Shown: piece by piece, positions 61,974-64,000 of the stretch | Layout: each line of letters opens with the position of its first letter | Position numbering within the stretch: the stretch's first letter is position 1 | Assembly: GCA_963782915.1 (NCBI GenBank) | Contig: CAWALK010000020.1 | Location: 256,001-320,000, forward strand | Reading direction: 5' to 3' | Source: an uncultured archaeon | GTDB taxonomy: Archaea; Thermoproteota; Bathyarchaeia; Bathyarchaeales; Bathycorpusculaceae | Length of the DNA stretch: 64,000 bases | Translations under genes and position numbers: made by a program | The notes under the pieces: model-generated | What the model saw: the letters and a program-made list of their open reading frames with translations, nothing else | What the model was told of the DNA's origin: nothing | Database searches by the model: none

Positions 61974-62883
61974 GGGCAACTCTATTTCCAGGTAGTCTTC
62001 GGCTAGGATGCTGTTTGGGAACACTTTTTTTGCTTGTTCCAGTAGTTGCGAGGCATCTGGGTATCTTGCGCTGATGTGTGTGAGTACGAGGCGTTTGGCG
62101 TTTGCAGCTTTTGCTTGGGCGGCAGCTTGGCTTGGTGTAGAGTGCCCATCAACACCTGCTTTCTCAGTCAATGAATCGTCAAATGTGCAATCATGAATAA
62201 CTAAATCTGCACCGTCCGCAAACTTGGCGAAGGCTTCGAAGGGTTTGGTGTCGCCTGTATAGACGATTTTGCGACCGGAACGGAGAGGACCCATTACGTC
62301 GCTGGGTTTCACGATTTCGCCGTTTGGTGCGGTGACTTCTTGGCCGCTTTGGAGTTTGCCCCATAATTCGCCGGCTGGGATGCCGAGTGCCTGAGCTTTC
62401 TTGGGATAAAACCTGCCGGAGCGCGGCTTCTCGATAAACGCGAAACAGTAACCTTCTACGGCATGGTTGGATTTTGTGGCTATGACTTGGTATTCTTCTT
62501 CATCACAGATCAATGCCTTCGCCTGTGATTTCGTTGATTTCATATGGGTAATTTAAGCCAAAGTTAAGTGTTTCTTTGGTGCAAATCAGAAATTTTTCAA
62601 GGCCGAGTGGACCATAAATTTCGAGGGGTTCTTTGCGGTCCATCAAAGCCATAGTCTGCAGCAGCCCCGGCAATCCAAGTACGTGGTCGCCGTGCAAGTG
62701 GGAAATGAAAATCTTCATTTTACGATGAAAACTCACTTTTCCCCCCATCATTTGATGCTGTACGTTTTCGCCGCAGTCAAACATCCACTGATTCTTCGGA
62801 CACTGCACAACCACACAGGGCAAGCTCCGCTTCATCGTTGGTACGCTGCCGCTTGTTCCCAAAAACACCACACGAATACTCAT
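61953..62883 (-). CDS. rnz: Ribonuclease Z (frameshift near 62520)
   Basis: FLGTSGSVPT..R, FDCGE, SHLHGDH, YTGDT, HDCTF, HST and LTHISARY. Confidence 0.95.
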
Positions 62884-62888
62884 CAGCT

Positions 62889-63929
62889 TTACACCTTTTC
62901 GAATACTGCGATTTCCCTTGTCAAAGTAGCGTGGATATAGGCGAAATGGGATTCCACATGCCTAAAGCCTATCTCTTTGCCTAATTCGGATATGTTTAAT
63001 GTTTTAGGGGAAGCTATACAAATCCGTTGCCCCACCCCCAAGAGTTCACGTGAAGCAGCTAAGACTTCTATTACGAGTTGTTTGGTGGTGGATTTTAGGG
63101 TGCTTGATGAGCGGCCGTAGGGTGGGTCGGTGACTATGGCGTCGGCTTTGTAGAGGGGGATTTTGCGTGAATCCGCCATCAGTAAGCCTTCAGCGGCGAT
63201 GTTGAAGAATTCCAGGTTCTTTTTTGTGCCTTTAATCATTCGGCGTTGTGCGTCTATGCCGACTGCTCGGCAGCCGATGAATGTGGCTTCGATGAGTGAG
63301 GTGCCTGTGCCGCAGAATGGGTCCAGCAGTACGGATTCGGCTTTGGCATGTGCCAGGTTGATCATGCATCGGGCCATTTTTGAGGGCATGGCTGATGGGT
63401 GGAAGAATGGTTTTTTGCGTGGACGACGTTCCGAGAAGGTTTTGCTGGTTATGTCGGTTAATTTTAGGCCCAGTATGAGTTTGTCGTCGGTGATTATGCC
63501 GATTATGGTTTTGTCTGGGTTTTTGAGGTTTACTTTGGCGCCTTGGGTTTGGTTGAGGATTTGTGCGCCCAACTCAATCTCAAGTGTCATGGTGTTTATT
63601 TCGGCGTCGGCGTAGTTTTTGATGCGGTTGATGCGTACTACGAAGCTTTCGCCGGATTGGATGATTGATTTGAAGTCTACTTTTGCTGCTGCTTCGGCTA
63701 TGTCTTTGTAGGTTGCGTTTGCTACAAGGAGCTCCTGTGCACAAACCCTTGTGTAAGCGGAGCGAATCTGCACAACCTTAACGCTTTCCAACTGTGATTC
63801 TAAGCGGAGAATCTGGTCAAACTCTGAAGCATCACTATACGGGTAACCTTCAGCTTCCAAAATCGCCTTAACTTCCGATGAGGGAAGTGACTCATTTTCG
63901 CCTGAAAGCAAAAAGAAAAGCTTAGGCAC
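62889..63929 (-). CDS. trm11: tRNA m2G10 methyltransferase (THUMP + Rossmann MTase, Trm11/TIGR01177-like)
   Basis: LSGEN..LP, RKKPFFHP, LDPFCGTG, TDPPYGRS and H.TLTR. Confidence 0.88.
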   Translation of the reverse strand: MPKLFFLLSGENESLPSSEVKAILEAEGYPYSDASEFDQILRLESQLESVKVVQIRSAYTRVCAQELLVANATYKDIAEAAAKVDFKSIIQSGESFVVRINRIKNYADAEINTMTLEIELGAQILNQTQGAKVNLKNPDKTIIGIITDDKLILGLKLTDITSKTFSERRPRKKPFFHPSAMPSKMARCMINLAHAKAESVLLDPFCGTGTSLIEATFIGCRAVGIDAQRRMIKGTKKNLEFFNIAAEGLLMADSRKIPLYKADAIVTDPPYGRSSSTLKSTTKQLVIEVLAASRELLGVGQRICIASPKTLNISELGKEIGFRHVESHFAYIHATLTREIAVFEKV

Positions 63930-64000
63930 TAAACAGCGCCTTTGAGAGCTTGGCTAATCAGCGGCGCCAACGAAACCTTGCTGATGCTTCCGGGGACGCT
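63929..64000 (-). CDS. prs: C-terminal end of a probable ribose-phosphate pyrophosphokinase (truncated by the window edge)
   Basis: Reads SVPGSISKVSLAPLISQALKGAV*, resembling the archaeal Prs C-terminus; only 23 residues visible. Confidence 0.5.
   Translation of the reverse strand, partial: SVPGSISKVSLAPLISQALKGAV

Noticed and set aside
19347-62883. Split genes (katE, ilvC, ArsB-like, SDR, lig, argF, lhr, giant surface protein, isomerase, rnz) as programmed frameshifts or real pseudogenes
   Set aside because: The breaks are single-base indels scattered over unrelated and essential genes (ligase, RNase Z), with otherwise intact motifs and no shared slippery signal. Long-read consensus errors are the simplest explanation.
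1-64000. tRNA, rRNA, integrase and cas genes
   Set aside because: No cloverleaf or T-loop signatures, rRNA-like stretches, tyrosine-recombinase motifs or Cas motifs were recognised by eye; a tRNAscan/Infernal run would be needed to exclude them formally.

Overview
64 kb of an archaeal chromosome, most likely from the TACK group and probably Bathyarchaeia. The evidence is TBP, Spt5, SecY/SecE, archaeal-type uL1/uL10/uL11/uL15, a Cren7-like protein, KPSVPEFT-type secreted proteins and frequent TTG starts; the taxon is an inference from gene style. Most of the window is housekeeping and metabolic genes (secY, cmk, katE, ilvC, lig, argF, dtdA, secE-spt5-rpl11-rpl1-rpl10, mgsA, larA, pyrE, tbp, lhr, rnz, trm11) plus a ~8.7 kb surface-protein gene. 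About ten genes, including essential ones, are split by single-base indels, which points to long-read errors rather than real pseudogenes. Three things are not explained by the gene annotation. (1) A family of ~38-bp non-coding repeats (TATA(A/T)ATAAGGG(G)AGGGGG..CTGCAGAGCAACAAA) occurs as same-direction pairs at five intergenic loci on both strands, and one copy appears to be split by an IS4/ISH3-like element. (2) An accessory island (~2.7-8.2 kb) has three progressively shorter copies of a viral terminase large-subunit 3' end alternating with cargo genes. (3) A triple 22-bp dyad-symmetric site lies upstream of an acyltransferase-3/SGNH gene pair. No rRNA, tRNA, cas gene or canonical CRISPR array was recognised. 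All calls are by eye; no database searches were run.
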